Source of the DNA: Clostridia bacterium
Lineage (GTDB): Bacteria; Bacillota; Clostridia; Oscillospirales; QAKW01
Assembly: GCA_017482195.1 (NCBI GenBank)
Contig: JAFUNM010000046.1
Span: 67,931 to 124,013 of the forward strand
Direction: 5' to 3'
Length of the DNA stretch: 56,083 nucleotides
Shown: piece by piece, positions 1 to 12,120 of the stretch
Numbering within the stretch: the stretch's first letter is position 1
How the letters are laid out: each line of letters opens with the position of its first letter
Notes under the pieces: model-generated
Told to the model about the DNA's origin: nothing
Seen by the model: only the letters and a program-made list of their open reading frames with translations
The model's database searches: none
Translations under genes and position numbers: made by a program

Positions 1-444
1 CATGATGAAGGAAAAGATCATCATAAAAGGGGAACGGAAGGCGGTGCGCACCAGCATCATATAGGCCATCTGTACATTGGCCACATCGGTGGTAAGACGG
101 GTCACCAGGCTGGAGGTAGAGAACTTATCGATATTACTGAAGGAAAAGCGCTGCACATTATAGAACAGATCTTTTCTTAAATTTTTTGCAAAGCCGCAGG
201 AGGCGGTGGCACAAAAATGACCCGCCAAGGCTCCGCAGGTCAGGGACAGGACTGCCATCAACACCAGAAGCAGGGCGTAGCGCAAAAGCACATTCATATC
301 GCAATTGCCCTGGATCTCATTGACCAGTTCGGCAGTCATAAAGGGAAGGATGCATTCCAAAACGACCTCCAGCATCACGATGACCGGTGACAAAATGGAG
401 GCGGTCTTATATTCCCGAATGCATCCTGCAAGACGTTTTAGCAT
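1..444 (-). CDS. ABC transporter permease/ATP-binding protein (exporter type), N-terminal part; runs off the window edge
   Basis: Not in the ORF track. My translation from ATG at 444 (GGGAGG RBS upstream): MLKRLAGCIREYKTASILSPVIVMLEVVLECILP...FAKNLRKDLFYNVQRFSFSNIDKFSTSSLVTRLTTDV, a typical ABC exporter TMD start. Confidence 0.9.
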   Translation of the reverse strand, partial: MLKRLAGCIREYKTASILSPVIVMLEVVLECILPFMTAELVNEIQGNCDMNVLLRYALLLVLMAVLSLTCGALAGHFCATASCGFAKNLRKDLFYNVQRFSFSNIDKFSTSSLVTRLTTDVANVQMAYMMLVRTAFRSPFMMIFSFIM

Positions 445-482
445 TAAGGGACCTCCCAACATAACAGATTTTTAACTGTATT

Positions 483-511
483 ATTTTAACAGATATATTT
501 TAAAAGGTCAA
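483..511 (-). promoter_or_regulatory. sigma-A-like promoter for the ABC exporter
   Basis: Minus strand TTGACC-17 nt-TAAAAT with TG extended -10. Confidence 0.65.
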
Positions 512-566
512 TCTATCGAAAACCAAAAACCTCTCAAAACTCCGTAAACTTTTTGTGAACAATAAT

Positions 567-601
567 AAAGAGAACCCGAAGCTATGCTTCGGGTTCTCTT
601 T
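567..601. terminator. Intrinsic terminator after the Cthe_2159-like gene
   Basis: Perfect inverted repeat AAAGAGAACCCGAAGC-tat-GCTTCGGGTTCTCTTT right after the stop at 603. Confidence 0.85.
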
Positions 602-602
602 A

Positions 603-2410
<1,808 letters not shown>

Positions 2411-2414
<4 letters not shown>

Positions 2415-3889
2415 TCTTCACACACCTTCGGTAAACGGAGCCAAAAACGGACACCGCTTTGTTCATTGAGTGCACCGCAACTGCCCCCATGGGCCGTCAC
2501 GATGGTCTTTACAATATATAACCCCAGCCCCACATTGTTCTGCTCATTGCGGGTACGGGCCTCATCGGCCTTATAAAAGCTGTCCCAAATCTTATGGATC
2601 TTTTCTTCGGGGATAGGAACACCGTCATTATAGACCGAGAGGAAGAGGCCGTCCTCCCCTCTTGCCAGCATCACCGCGATCCGTCCTTTGGGGACGGTGT
2701 GGTTATCGGCATTTTGCAAAATATTCAGCACCGCCCGCTCCAGATATTCGGGATCCGCATCTACCATAAGACCGGGGGCAACGACCGTATCCACGGTAAA
2801 CCCCTTTTTTTCCAGTAAGGGCCTCTCCCGATCCATCAACTCCTTAAGCCACTCACTCAAAGAGAACCGTTCTTTTTTCAGTTCCTTGATGCCGTTTTCC
2901 AAAGCGGAAACATCCAGCATGGAGCGAATCATTTCACTCATGACCGCCGTTTCCTCGATGATCACATCATAGCAGGTCTCCGGGTCGATCCCCTCAGTAT
3001 GCTCCTTGAGCATCTCGGCATAACCGCCCAAAACGGCCAGGGGACTCTTTAGGTCATGGGATACATTGGCCACAAAGGAACGGCGCATCTCCTCTTCTTT
3101 TGCAAGACGCTCATTGTCCTCGGCCAGCTGGCGGTTTTTGGCCATCAGCTCATCAATAAAGGACTTCAACTGAACACTCATGGTATTGATGCTGACCGCA
3201 AGATCGGCGATCTCAGCAGTAGAGCTATCCTCTTCGCCACAATGGGCAAAATCCAGCGCCGCCACCTGCTTTGCGGTATTGCTGACGGCAATGATCGGCT
3301 TAGAAAAACGGGCGGCATAAAGATAGGCAGCCACACAGCCTGCCATTGCCACGATCGCCGCAATGATCAGAATCAGCTGCTGCAATACCGAAACGGTGGC
3401 AGAGATCGCTGCCACAGGTGATTCGATGGACACATAGCGGACCCCTGCATCGGTATGAAGGATCCCCCGTATCGTCAACAGTTCTTCCTCATTGCGGCCC
3501 AGTCGCTCTACCTGAGGATCATCGGAATAGTCCCCCTCATGACGCATCATTTCTCCATCAGGGCGGCCGGGCTGGAAATTCCCCTGAAAGCCATCAAAAC
3601 CCTCTGCCATCTTTCGTCCGGAGGTATAGAGAAGGGTGCCGTCCTCCTTAAAGATCTCCACCTGAACGGATTTTTCCTCTTCGTAGGCGGCGGTAAGCCG
3701 GCTCAGTTCCTCTGCATCGTCGGAATACATCGTCTCCAACGACTGATAAAGATTTTGAATAGCGGTTTTCTGCCGATGGATCATAAAAGGCTCGGCCAGA
3801 AACAAAGTGGCGGTCAGGAGTGCACCGATCAGGGCCACGATAATGATCGCCACCAGCCATGTCATTTTTACTTTAATGGAATATTTCAT
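2411..3889 (-). CDS. HAMP-domain sensor histidine kinase
   Basis: Two TM segments, H-box FVANVSHDLKSPL, N-box NILQNA, G boxes YNDG and GLGLYIVK. Confidence 0.95.
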
Positions 3890-4578
3890 GCTTCCGGGCC
3901 GTCGAAAAGATAGCCTCTGCCGTGAACGGTACGGATAAAGGCACCGGCCTCTTTCAGCTTGGCTCGCAGCTGCTTGATATGGGTATCTACCGTACGGGGA
4001 TCGCCCTCATAATCGTAGTTCCAAATGGCATTAAGGATCTGATTGCGGGAAAGAACCTCCCGGGGGTTGGTCATCAGATAGGTCAGCAGATCAAATTCTT
4101 TTTGGGTGAGGATCACAGTCTCCCCGCTCAGCTTCATACATTTACTCTTAAGCATCAGCTCGATGGGACCGCAAGTAACGGTCTGGTTCTGAGCCTTCAC
4201 CGAGCAGCGGCGCAGCACCGATTCAATACGGGCCAGCAGCACGGTGGGCGAAAAGGGCTTGCTGATATAATCATCGGCTCCGCACTTAAAGCCTTTAAGC
4301 TGATCGTATTCCTGATCCTTGGCGGTGACCATGATCACGGGAACCAGCGTGCTGTCCCGCAGTTCTTCCAAAACCTCAAAACCGTCCCGCCCCGGCATCA
4401 TCACATCCAAAAGGATCAGGTCGATCTTATTGGTGTTGGCATAGTAAAGATCCAGCGCCTTCTCTCCATCCTCTGCCTCCATGACCTGGTAGCCGTGCCC
4501 CTTCAGGTAGGTGACCAGCATCTGGCGGATCCGTCGATCATCGTCGGCAACCATAATAGTAAATTCACTTTGATTCAT
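3886..4578 (-). CDS. OmpR/PhoB-family response regulator
   Basis: VADDD, LLDVMMP, GADDYISKPF, winged helix RTVDTHIKQLRAKL...GRGY. ATG 4578 is better spaced from the RBS than 4587. Confidence 0.95.
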   Translation of the reverse strand: MNQSEFTIMVADDDRRIRQMLVTYLKGHGYQVMEAEDGEKALDLYYANTNKIDLILLDVMMPGRDGFEVLEELRDSTLVPVIMVTAKDQEYDQLKGFKCGADDYISKPFSPTVLLARIESVLRRCSVKAQNQTVTCGPIELMLKSKCMKLSGETVILTQKEFDLLTYLMTNPREVLSRNQILNAIWNYDYEGDPRTVDTHIKQLRAKLKEAGAFIRTVHGRGYLFDGPEA

Positions 4579-4603
4579 TTTCTGCATCCCCTTTCTTTAA
4601 AAA

Positions 4604-5269
4604 TTATAATGTTTCTTTTTCCGGAACCGCTGCAATCAGGGAAACGGTCAAATTACCGTTGCGACAGCGGATAGCGTCCAGCATTTCCTTTTCCTTGGCG
4701 GGATCCTTGATCCGTACCCGGTAGGTCAGCTGATAAAGGCTGCCCATATTGGTGGTCTTAGTACGAACCAACCGATGATGGGCGGTATATTGCTTGAAGA
4801 GATCCTCGAAGGCTGTCATATAATCCACATCCTCAGCGATCAGAATCTTTAAGTGCTTCTCCTGCACTCTTTGGGAGAAAAGCACCTTACAGGCAATGAA
4901 AAAGACGGCCATCATCAATGCTGTGAAGGCGGTTGCAAATGCAACATATCCCATTCCGTTGGTGAGACCTACGGCCATAGCCAAAAAGATAATACAGATC
5001 TCCTGCGCCGAGCCCTGGGCCGAACGGAAGCGCACTAAGCTGAAGGCTCCTGCCACCGCCACACCGGCACCCAAGTTCCCGTTTACCATCATAATAACAC
5101 ATTGCACCAAAGCAGGCAACAATAAAAGTGCCACCAAAAAATGGCTGGTGCAATCCTTATTGGTCAACTTATAAACCAAAGCGATAAGGCAACCCAGAAG
5201 CAGGGAAGCTGCAGTACAGATTGCTACGGAGGAACCCGTCATGGTCGTTCCTAAAATACTTTCGAGCAT
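4604..5269 (-). CDS. DUF4956-family membrane protein
   Basis: GAGVAVAGAFSLVRFRSAQGSAQEI and IRCRNGNL motifs; overlaps the VTC gene. Confidence 0.85.
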   Translation of the reverse strand: MLESILGTTMTGSSVAICTAASLLLGCLIALVYKLTNKDCTSHFLVALLLLPALVQCVIMMVNGNLGAGVAVAGAFSLVRFRSAQGSAQEICIIFLAMAVGLTNGMGYVAFATAFTALMMAVFFIACKVLFSQRVQEKHLKILIAEDVDYMTAFEDLFKQYTAHHRLVRTKTTNMGSLYQLTYRVRIKDPAKEKEMLDAIRCRNGNLTVSLIAAVPEKETL

Positions 5270-5952
5270 TGTAACATATTCTCCTTCTCATAAATTTTCC
5301 CGTATTTGGAAAAAGAAACGGGATAGATTTTTAAATCCGTTAAAATATCTGAGAGCCAGATAGGCATCCCCTCATTGACCTTCAGTTCCAGAAGATGCTG
5401 CTCCATAGGATAAAGGGTACAACCCTCGTCCCCCAAGGTGAGATCCAAACGATTCCAGCGGTATCGGATATTTTCATCGAAGGTGATCCGCACCTCATGG
5501 TCATCCTTCGCGTAATAGGCCACCCGATCATAGGCCAGATAGATACGGGGGCGCAGATTCTGGCGCTTACGCTCATAATCCAACTCTCGAAAGGTCTGAC
5601 TGTCGGGCAGGGGGCTCCCTTCGGCGAGGTATTCCTCCATGGCACGGCAGGTGGTAACGATCCGCCGCTTATAACCCACATGATCAAATTTCTTTTTCAG
5701 TTCCCAGAAAATCGGATCGTCGGGGGCAGGAGTACCGTAGGCCCGCAGACGCATTTTCTCTTTGAAGGGCGGTTTCTCCATAGAACGGCGGATGCTGTCA
5801 AAGCTATCGTTATCAAAATAGAGATTGGCAAGGGTATACCGACCGTATTCATCCTCCTCTACAAAAGGTGTGATCCGCTCTATAAATTGTTCTTTTTGCG
5901 TTTCGGTCAGCAGGTACTTCTTTTCCAGCCGCCGAAAGATCATCTTCGCCAA
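5251..5952 (-). CDS. VTC (polyphosphate polymerase / TTM) domain protein
   Basis: ExK motif RRLEKKYLL, LYFD, KEKMRLRAY, ELKKK..KRR, YDRVAY, RITFD, LELK, SFSKY; TTG start with GAGGTG RBS. Confidence 0.9.
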   Translation of the reverse strand: MAKMIFRRLEKKYLLTETQKEQFIERITPFVEEDEYGRYTLANLYFDNDSFDSIRRSMEKPPFKEKMRLRAYGTPAPDDPIFWELKKKFDHVGYKRRIVTTCRAMEEYLAEGSPLPDSQTFRELDYERKRQNLRPRIYLAYDRVAYYAKDDHEVRITFDENIRYRWNRLDLTLGDEGCTLYPMEQHLLELKVNEGMPIWLSDILTDLKIYPVSFSKYGKIYEKENMLQCSKVF

Positions 5953-5977
5953 AGATCTTCACCTCGATTCCATCGTC

Positions 5978-6009
5978 ATTATAGCAGGGGTTTGTGTTAT
6001 TTTTGTGAA
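5978..6009 (-). promoter_or_regulatory. Extended -10 promoter with two 11-bp-spaced direct repeats (candidate OmpR/PhoP-type box)
   Basis: Minus strand TTCACA-aaaat-AACACA-aacccc-TGCTATAAT; no good -35 at 17 bp. Confidence 0.5.
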
Positions 6010-6029
6010 GAAAATAAAAAAGAACGAAA

Positions 6030-7907
6030 TCATTCGATTCCGTTCTTTTTTCTGTTTTCATAATCATCCAGGGCATAGCGGAACTGCGTCTCATAAAGCT
6101 GACGGTAAACACCGTTTTGCTCCACCAGATCGGCGTGTTTGCCCCGCTCCGCGATCTTTCCATGATCTAAGACCAGGATCTCATCGGCTGCCAGGATCGT
6201 GGTCAGACGGTGAGCGATGACAATGGAGGTGCGACCCTGCAGCAGGGGGCGGATGGCTTCCTGAATCAGACTCTCGGAAATGGAGTCCAGCGACGAGGTA
6301 GCCTCATCCAAAATCAGCACCTTTGGATTTTTTAAAATTGCCCGTGCGATGGAAATCCGCTGCTTTTCACCGCCGGAGAGCTTAAAGCCGCGGTTGCCCA
6401 CCTGGGTATCGTAGCCTTCCGGCAATGTCATGATGAAATCATGGATATTGGCGTCCTTACAGGCTCGGATCAGTTCTTCCTCGGTGGCATCCCATTTGGC
6501 ATACAAGAGGTTTGCCCGCACCGTATCATTAAACAGATAGGTCTCCTGGGTCACCATGCCGATCTGTTTCCGAAGGGCGGTGAGATCCCAACTGCGAACA
6601 TCCACACCGTCTAAGGCAACACTCCCCTCCTCCACATCGAAGAGACGGGGAATCAAATTGACCAGAGTGGATTTTCCGCTGCCGCTGGAGCCCACGATGG
6701 CAATGGTCTTGCCTCCGTCCGCACGGAAGGAGACCTGCTGCAGCAATTCTTTTTCATTGGAGTAGGCGAAGGTGACCTGTTCAAAGGCCACATCGCCCCG
6801 CACATGTTCGGGCTGATAGCCGTTTTCGGGGGCTTCCACATCGGGTTTTAAATCGAAATATTCAAAGATACGGCTAAACAGCGCCATGGAGCGCATAACA
6901 TCCGACTGGATATTCAGCAGCTGATCCACCGGATGATAGAGTTTATTGACGAGGGTAACCATAATCGTGACATCGCCGACGGTGAGATCGGTATTGCCCA
7001 TTCGATACATGATCAGCCCGGCGGCCACATAGATCAGCAGCGGACCCATATTCCGAAGAATATTCAAAGTGCGCCAGAACCACAGACCCACCAGCCGCTC
7101 CTTGATGGCCAGCTTGGCAGCTTTGAGATTTACCGTTCGGTAAGCCTCGTATTCCTTTTGCTCATTGGTGAAGAGCTTGACCAGCAGCTGACCGCTGACG
7201 CTCAAGGATTCATGTAAGATCTGGTTGGACTGATCCCGCTGTTTTTGAGTCTCGTCGGCAATAGCCCAACGCTTTTTGCCCACCGCACGTGTGGGAAGTA
7301 CGCAGAAAGGTACCATGGCCACACCCACGAACGCCAGGATCCAGTTTTCCCGAAAAAGGGTGATCAGCACGATGATCACGGTAGCTACATTGCTGAATAA
7401 ATTTAAAAAGGTATGGGTGATCACCGACTGCACACCGCCGATATCCTCGGTCATACGGGTGATGATATCTCCCTGATAATTGGAGGTAAAGAACCGATGG
7501 CCCATCTTCTGCAGATGGGCATACATCTTATTCCGCATATCATATGTAATAAACTGACCGATCCAGGTGGTAAGCATGGTCTCCCCCGCAGAGATCAGGT
7601 TGGAAAGGATCAAAACCAAAAGGGACAGCATCGCCAACTTGATTAAAAGAGGAACATCTCCACCGTAGAGACCGGCATCGATCATCTTACCGGTGAGGAT
7701 GGAAGGAACCACACCCAAAAGTCCTGCAGCGGTAATGCAAAGAAGCACCAGCAGGAACTTCCATTTATAAGGGGCCATCCAGGAAAGGATCCGCTTGACA
7801 AAAGGCCAGGTCAGCTTGGGCAGCTTCTTTTTTTCCTCGGGAGTCAGCTCCCGATGGGGCCCGCGGCGAAATCCGCCGCCGGGAGGCGGAGGAGGGGGCA
7901 TTGCCAT
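6030..7907 (-). CDS. ABC exporter, fused TMD + NBD
   Basis: Walker A GSSGSGKST, LSGGEKQR, ILDEATS, AHRL; multi-TM N-half. Confidence 0.95.
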   Translation of the reverse strand: MAMPPPPPPGGGFRRGPHRELTPEEKKKLPKLTWPFVKRILSWMAPYKWKFLLVLLCITAAGLLGVVPSILTGKMIDAGLYGGDVPLLIKLAMLSLLVLILSNLISAGETMLTTWIGQFITYDMRNKMYAHLQKMGHRFFTSNYQGDIITRMTEDIGGVQSVITHTFLNLFSNVATVIIVLITLFRENWILAFVGVAMVPFCVLPTRAVGKKRWAIADETQKQRDQSNQILHESLSVSGQLLVKLFTNEQKEYEAYRTVNLKAAKLAIKERLVGLWFWRTLNILRNMGPLLIYVAAGLIMYRMGNTDLTVGDVTIMVTLVNKLYHPVDQLLNIQSDVMRSMALFSRIFEYFDLKPDVEAPENGYQPEHVRGDVAFEQVTFAYSNEKELLQQVSFRADGGKTIAIVGSSGSGKSTLVNLIPRLFDVEEGSVALDGVDVRSWDLTALRKQIGMVTQETYLFNDTVRANLLYAKWDATEEELIRACKDANIHDFIMTLPEGYDTQVGNRGFKLSGGEKQRISIARAILKNPKVLILDEATSSLDSISESLIQEAIRPLLQGRTSIVIAHRLTTILAADEILVLDHGKIAERGKHADLVEQNGVYRQLYETQFRYALDDYENRKKNGIE

Positions 7908-7912
7908 TTAAA

Positions 7913-8413
7913 TCACTCCTTCAGTTCGGAGACCAGCAGCTGCCGGTCGATCAAAAAATTATAAAGAGCAGTATTGCCCCGGGGATCGGCAAGATCTCCG
8001 AAGGGATCGGAAAAGCAAAGCTCGAAATCCTTCTCGCCCACATCCCGGATATAAACGCCTGCGTTGTTCTCGCTAAAGCCGCCGGAATAAAGGAGCTGTT
8101 TCCCGAGAACCAGCACAAAAGCATCGCCGCTTGCGGTCTGGAACAGAACGCTGCCGTCAACGGTGCTGTTCTTTACATTCACATTTTTCAGCCGGACAAT
8201 ATGGTCGCTCCAAAGCCAACCCTCCAGCTCTGCGCCGGTGAAGGCAACACGGCCTTTTTCCTTTGCAGCGGAAAGCATAGCACTTTCGGTCATATCAGCG
8301 TTAAAATCCGCTTTTTTGAGTACATAAAAGGTCAGATCCTCCGACTTTGCTTTACAGCCGGAGAAGACCAGCAGCATCAAGGCCGCCAGGAACCCTGCAA
8401 TCGTTCGTTTCAT
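7913..8413 (-). CDS. Hypothetical lipoprotein
   Basis: Lipobox FSGC; tightly packed in the operon. Confidence 0.75.
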   Translation of the reverse strand: MKRTIAGFLAALMLLVFSGCKAKSEDLTFYVLKKADFNADMTESAMLSAAKEKGRVAFTGAELEGWLWSDHIVRLKNVNVKNSTVDGSVLFQTASGDAFVLVLGKQLLYSGGFSENNAGVYIRDVGEKDFELCFSDPFGDLADPRGNTALYNFLIDRQLLVSELKE

Positions 8414-8418
8414 TCCGC

Positions 8419-9441
8419 TTACCTCAAAGCCACCACCGAGACGGTACCGCCGCTGCGGCGGATCAGGGCGGAGGACAGACTGTTGTTATTGGTGCCGAAC
8501 TCCAGATAAAGCACGTCCCCTACCTGCAGTTGATAAGCCACCTGATACTGTTGCTCATTTCCCTCCAGCCAATCAGGCTCGCCGAAACGGCGAAAGATAT
8601 CAGCAGGAGTAGCGCCCTTTTTCATGGTAGAAAACAATGTCTCATTTTTTGTAATCCGGAAAAAGCCCTGCGGCTTTTCCTCAGCTCCCCAGGTGCCCAG
8701 ATAATTGGAAGCGTTGCTTCCCTCGATCTTCCGAACGGCCCGTAGCTCACTGCGCAGATAGCCATAGTCCAGATAGAGAACGCTGCCGTCCTCCATCACA
8801 TAGACATCAATAATATAGCTATCCTTGGCATAGTCTACCGATGCAAAGCGATTGGGCTTCCCCAGAGCAGAAACCACCGTTTCCCGAAGGGCACCCGGTG
8901 TTAAGATCTGCTCCGCCATGGCATAACTATAGGTTTTATTGGAAAAATAACCGGTATCCTCCGATACAACAGGTGTTTGGGATTCTGCTTCCGTATCAGG
9001 GGTAACGGGAGTCTCCTCGGTGTTCGGAGTCTCCGCTTCCGGAACATCGGGAGCGGAAACGGCGGCCTTCAGCACTCCCACCTGAACCAGGTAATCAAAA
9101 AGGCTCTGTGCCTTGCCCTCTGCATCGGTAAAGAGAGCAGACTCCACGATCTCCCGGGCGGAATAGGTCAGCTCCAGGCTCTGACCGTCTTTTAAATAAT
9201 AGGTCTCCGTCGCATTGGTGCTCATCAGCGATTCCTGAGGACTGCCCAGTTTCTCCAGCACAGTAGCGCGGGTTGTAGTATGGGTAAAAAAATACAGATC
9301 CTGCTCGGTGAGTACACTTTTTTGGGTGGCACCGTAACCGGTACCGCCGCTTTCCTCTTTAAGTGCAGTCTGCCCGGCGGTTTTACAGCCGCTCAGCAGC
9401 AACGCAAGACACAGGATCATCGCCGCAAAACGATATTTCAT
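8419..9441 (-). CDS. Lipoprotein with three internal (V/I)xxx(L/F)GxP repeats
   Basis: Lipobox LSGC; TVLEKLGSP, TVVSALGKP, DIFRRFGEP; Pro/Glu/Thr linker; start overlaps the ribF stop. Confidence 0.8.
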   Translation of the reverse strand: MKYRFAAMILCLALLLSGCKTAGQTALKEESGGTGYGATQKSVLTEQDLYFFTHTTTRATVLEKLGSPQESLMSTNATETYYLKDGQSLELTYSAREIVESALFTDAEGKAQSLFDYLVQVGVLKAAVSAPDVPEAETPNTEETPVTPDTEAESQTPVVSEDTGYFSNKTYSYAMAEQILTPGALRETVVSALGKPNRFASVDYAKDSYIIDVYVMEDGSVLYLDYGYLRSELRAVRKIEGSNASNYLGTWGAEEKPQGFFRITKNETLFSTMKKGATPADIFRRFGEPDWLEGNEQQYQVAYQLQVGDVLYLEFGTNNNSLSSALIRRSGGTVSVVALR

Positions 9442-10301
9442 TTGAGCATCTCCAATCTTGCCAAACTTTGCTCCCCATCCTTTTTGATCTGCAAAAATAA
9501 TGCTTCTTGATTCTCGAACTTCATCTCCCGCCGCAGATATCCCTTCAGCTCCAAACGGATCTCTTTTCCGTAGAGCTCCGGCACTTCGGCCAGGATATGG
9601 GCCTCTGCATTGGGGATGCCCTCTTTTTCCACCGTAGGCCGTACACCGATATTGGCAACAGCCGGATAGCGGACACCCTCGGCCTCCACCCAGGCGGCAT
9701 AGACGCCGAAGGGAGGCAACAATTGCTGCTCCGAGACCGGCAGATTAACGGTAGGCAGTCCATATTTCCGCGCCAGTCCCTTACCATGGCAAACGGTTCC
9801 CATAAGACAATAGGGATGCCCCATCCGTTGTTCTGCTTCCTGCAGACTGCCTTCCTCCAGCAGCTTTCGGATCTCCGTGGAGCTGATCCGCAGATCCTCT
9901 ACGGTTTGATTTTCTACTTTTTTGACCGCAATGCCGTTTGCAATGAGGGTGAATTCATTACCGGCGCGGTCCTTGCCGAAATGGAAGTCCTTTCCGCAAA
10001 CAAGGCCGACGGCACCCAGCTCCTCTTTCAGGAAATCCCGGGTAAAATCCTCGGCGGACATCTCCTTCCATTCTTCAAAGGAGAGGGTCAGCCAGTGCTC
10101 TATTCCGTATTGCCGGAAATAGAACTCCTTAACTGCCTTTTCGGTGATCACTTTGCGGTTTTTGGTGTTTTGATCAAAGGACAGCAAAAAGGCCTCCGCA
10201 CGAAGGCTTTCTGCCCACTCCTTTAATTCTCGGAAGATCTCCCGATGCCCCAGATGGACACCGTCAAAATCTCCGATGGCGATCACTCGGTTTACTCTCA
10301 T
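9438..10301 (-). CDS. ribF: Riboflavin kinase / FAD synthetase
   Basis: IGDFDGVHLGH, ISSTEIR, GLPTVN, NIGVRPT, EAHI. True start ATG 10301 overlaps the truB stop. Confidence 0.95.
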   Translation of the reverse strand: MRVNRVIAIGDFDGVHLGHREIFRELKEWAESLRAEAFLLSFDQNTKNRKVITEKAVKEFYFRQYGIEHWLTLSFEEWKEMSAEDFTRDFLKEELGAVGLVCGKDFHFGKDRAGNEFTLIANGIAVKKVENQTVEDLRISSTEIRKLLEEGSLQEAEQRMGHPYCLMGTVCHGKGLARKYGLPTVNLPVSEQQLLPPFGVYAAWVEAEGVRYPAVANIGVRPTVEKEGIPNAEAHILAEVPELYGKEIRLELKGYLRREMKFENQEALFLQIKKDGEQSLARLEMLK

Positions 10302-11179
10302 AAATGCGTCACGACCTTCAAACAGGTCTCTCCGTCCTTTTCTACCCGCTCGCCGAGGCCCACCAACTGTCCGTCGGCATAGACGGTACAAAGGCTCTCG
10401 GGAGCGTTTTTGAGTTTAGCCACCGAAACGGCACAACCGTTTTTCAAAAGGGTGGCGAAGAATGCCGGCGGCTCATAGGCCGGCAAAAAGGAAAGAACAT
10501 CAGGGAGCGGAATCAGATCCTCCGCTGTACCTTCCTCTAATTTTTTCATTAATGCTTCCAATGGGACGGCGTTTTCCAAGGAAAAGCGCCCGGCTTTGGT
10601 ACGTCTTAAAGCAGACATGGTGCCCACCGTTCCGGCGGCCTCTGCCAGATCCGCAAAGAGAGTGCGGATATAAGTACCCTTGGAGCAATCTACCTCCAGC
10701 ACCGCCTCCTGCTTTTCAAAATCAAAGGATCGCAGTCTGATACCATAGATGGTCACAGTACGCTCCGGAATCTCCACCCGGCGGCCTGCGCGGGCATGGC
10801 GATAGAGGGGAACGCCGTCTACCTTAATGGCGGAATAAGTCGGCGGCACCTGCTTGATCTCCCCGATGAAGGCGGGCAGTAATGCCGACAGCTGCTCCTC
10901 AGTGACCGCACTTTTTTGTTCCTTTAAAACCTTTCCGGTGATATCTCCCGTATCGGTGCAGATACCAAATTTCAGAGTCCCCATATAGCCCTTATCGCCG
11001 ACAGTCAGCAGTTCACAAAGTTTGGTACCCTTCCCCACCAGCACCGGTAACAACCCGGTGGCAAGAGGGTCGAGGGTACCGCTGTGACCGCATTTTTCGC
11101 CGGTCAGGCGGCGCAGACGCGCCACCACTCCGAAGGAGGTCATATCGGTAGGTTTATCCACTAAAAATAATCCGTTCAT
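10298..11179 (-). CDS. truB: tRNA pseudouridine(55) synthase
   Basis: GHSGTLDPLATG, QVPPTYSAIK, CSKGTYIRTL. Confidence 0.97.
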   Translation of the reverse strand: MNGLFLVDKPTDMTSFGVVARLRRLTGEKCGHSGTLDPLATGLLPVLVGKGTKLCELLTVGDKGYMGTLKFGICTDTGDITGKVLKEQKSAVTEEQLSALLPAFIGEIKQVPPTYSAIKVDGVPLYRHARAGRRVEIPERTVTIYGIRLRSFDFEKQEAVLEVDCSKGTYIRTLFADLAEAAGTVGTMSALRRTKAGRFSLENAVPLEALMKKLEEGTAEDLIPLPDVLSFLPAYEPPAFFATLLKNGCAVSVAKLKNAPESLCTVYADGQLVGLGERVEKDGETCLKVVTHL

Positions 11180-12120
11180 AATTGTTCTTTAATGGCAGAC
11201 AGCACCTGCTCTTTTACTTCTTCATAAGTACCGCAGAGAGAGCAGCCTGCCGCTTGAACGTGTCCGCCGCCGCCTAAAGCCGCGCAGACACGACCGCCGT
11301 GAACCGTACCGTCGGTACGCAAAGACACCTTATACTGTCCTTCTTCCAATTCCTTGAAGGTGGCCGCCGCGGCTACACCCTCGATCTGGATGGGCAGAGA
11401 GGAAATGGTTTCCAGTTCATCGGCACCGGCGCCGGTCTCCTCCAGCATAGAAAGGGAGATCAGCATGGTAGCCACCTTGCCGTCCTCATAAAAGCAGACG
11501 GTCTCGGTGGCCTTGCGGTTCAGTTCCAGTTCTGCCCAACGGCTGGTCTGGAACAGATGCTTATTCAGCGCTTTAAGGTCAAACTCCGTCTCCAGAAGCT
11601 TGGCCGCCGCCTGATGAGTGCGGCGGGTGGTATTCCCGTACTTAAAACAGCCGGTATCGGTAGCAATAGCGGTATAAAAAGCTGCCGCCGCTCTGGGAGA
11701 AATTGTGCCCAAAAGTTCTGCCAGCTCTACCATAATTTCGCCTGCCGCCGCTGCAGTACCATCCACATAGTTATGTTTTCCGTAACAGGGGTTGGTAGCA
11801 TGATGATCAATGACGCAGTCGGCCTCCAGCGCCAATTCTTTATAAGCACCGGCCATATCGGGAGAGGCAATATCCACCGCCACAATGGCCCCCTCCGGCT
11901 CGCCTTTAAGCTCTGCCGCACCGTCATTTAGAAATCGGTAACGGGGAGAAATGGGGTCGGCGCAGAGGATCTTGACCTTTTTACCCTGTGCCTCAAGACA
12001 GTCCTTCAAACCAAAGGCAGAGCCTAAGGTATCGCCGTCCGGCCGGACATGGCAAAGCAGGGTCAGTGCTTGCTGACCCTTTAAAAACTCTGCAATTTCG
12101 ACGAGTGAATTATTCTTCAT
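11176..12120 (-). CDS. nrnA: DHH/DHHA1 phosphoesterase (NrnA-like oligoribonuclease / pAp phosphatase)
   Basis: HVRPDGD, IDHH, TDTG, SLR, GGGGHVQAAG; start ATG 12120 (MKNNSL). Confidence 0.88.
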   Translation of the reverse strand: MKNNSLVEIAEFLKGQQALTLLCHVRPDGDTLGSAFGLKDCLEAQGKKVKILCADPISPRYRFLNDGAAELKGEPEGAIVAVDIASPDMAGAYKELALEADCVIDHHATNPCYGKHNYVDGTAAAAGEIMVELAELLGTISPRAAAAFYTAIATDTGCFKYGNTTRRTHQAAAKLLETEFDLKALNKHLFQTSRWAELELNRKATETVCFYEDGKVATMLISLSMLEETGAGADELETISSLPIQIEGVAAAATFKELEEGQYKVSLRTDGTVHGGRVCAALGGGGHVQAAGCSLCGTYEEVKEQVLSAIKEQL

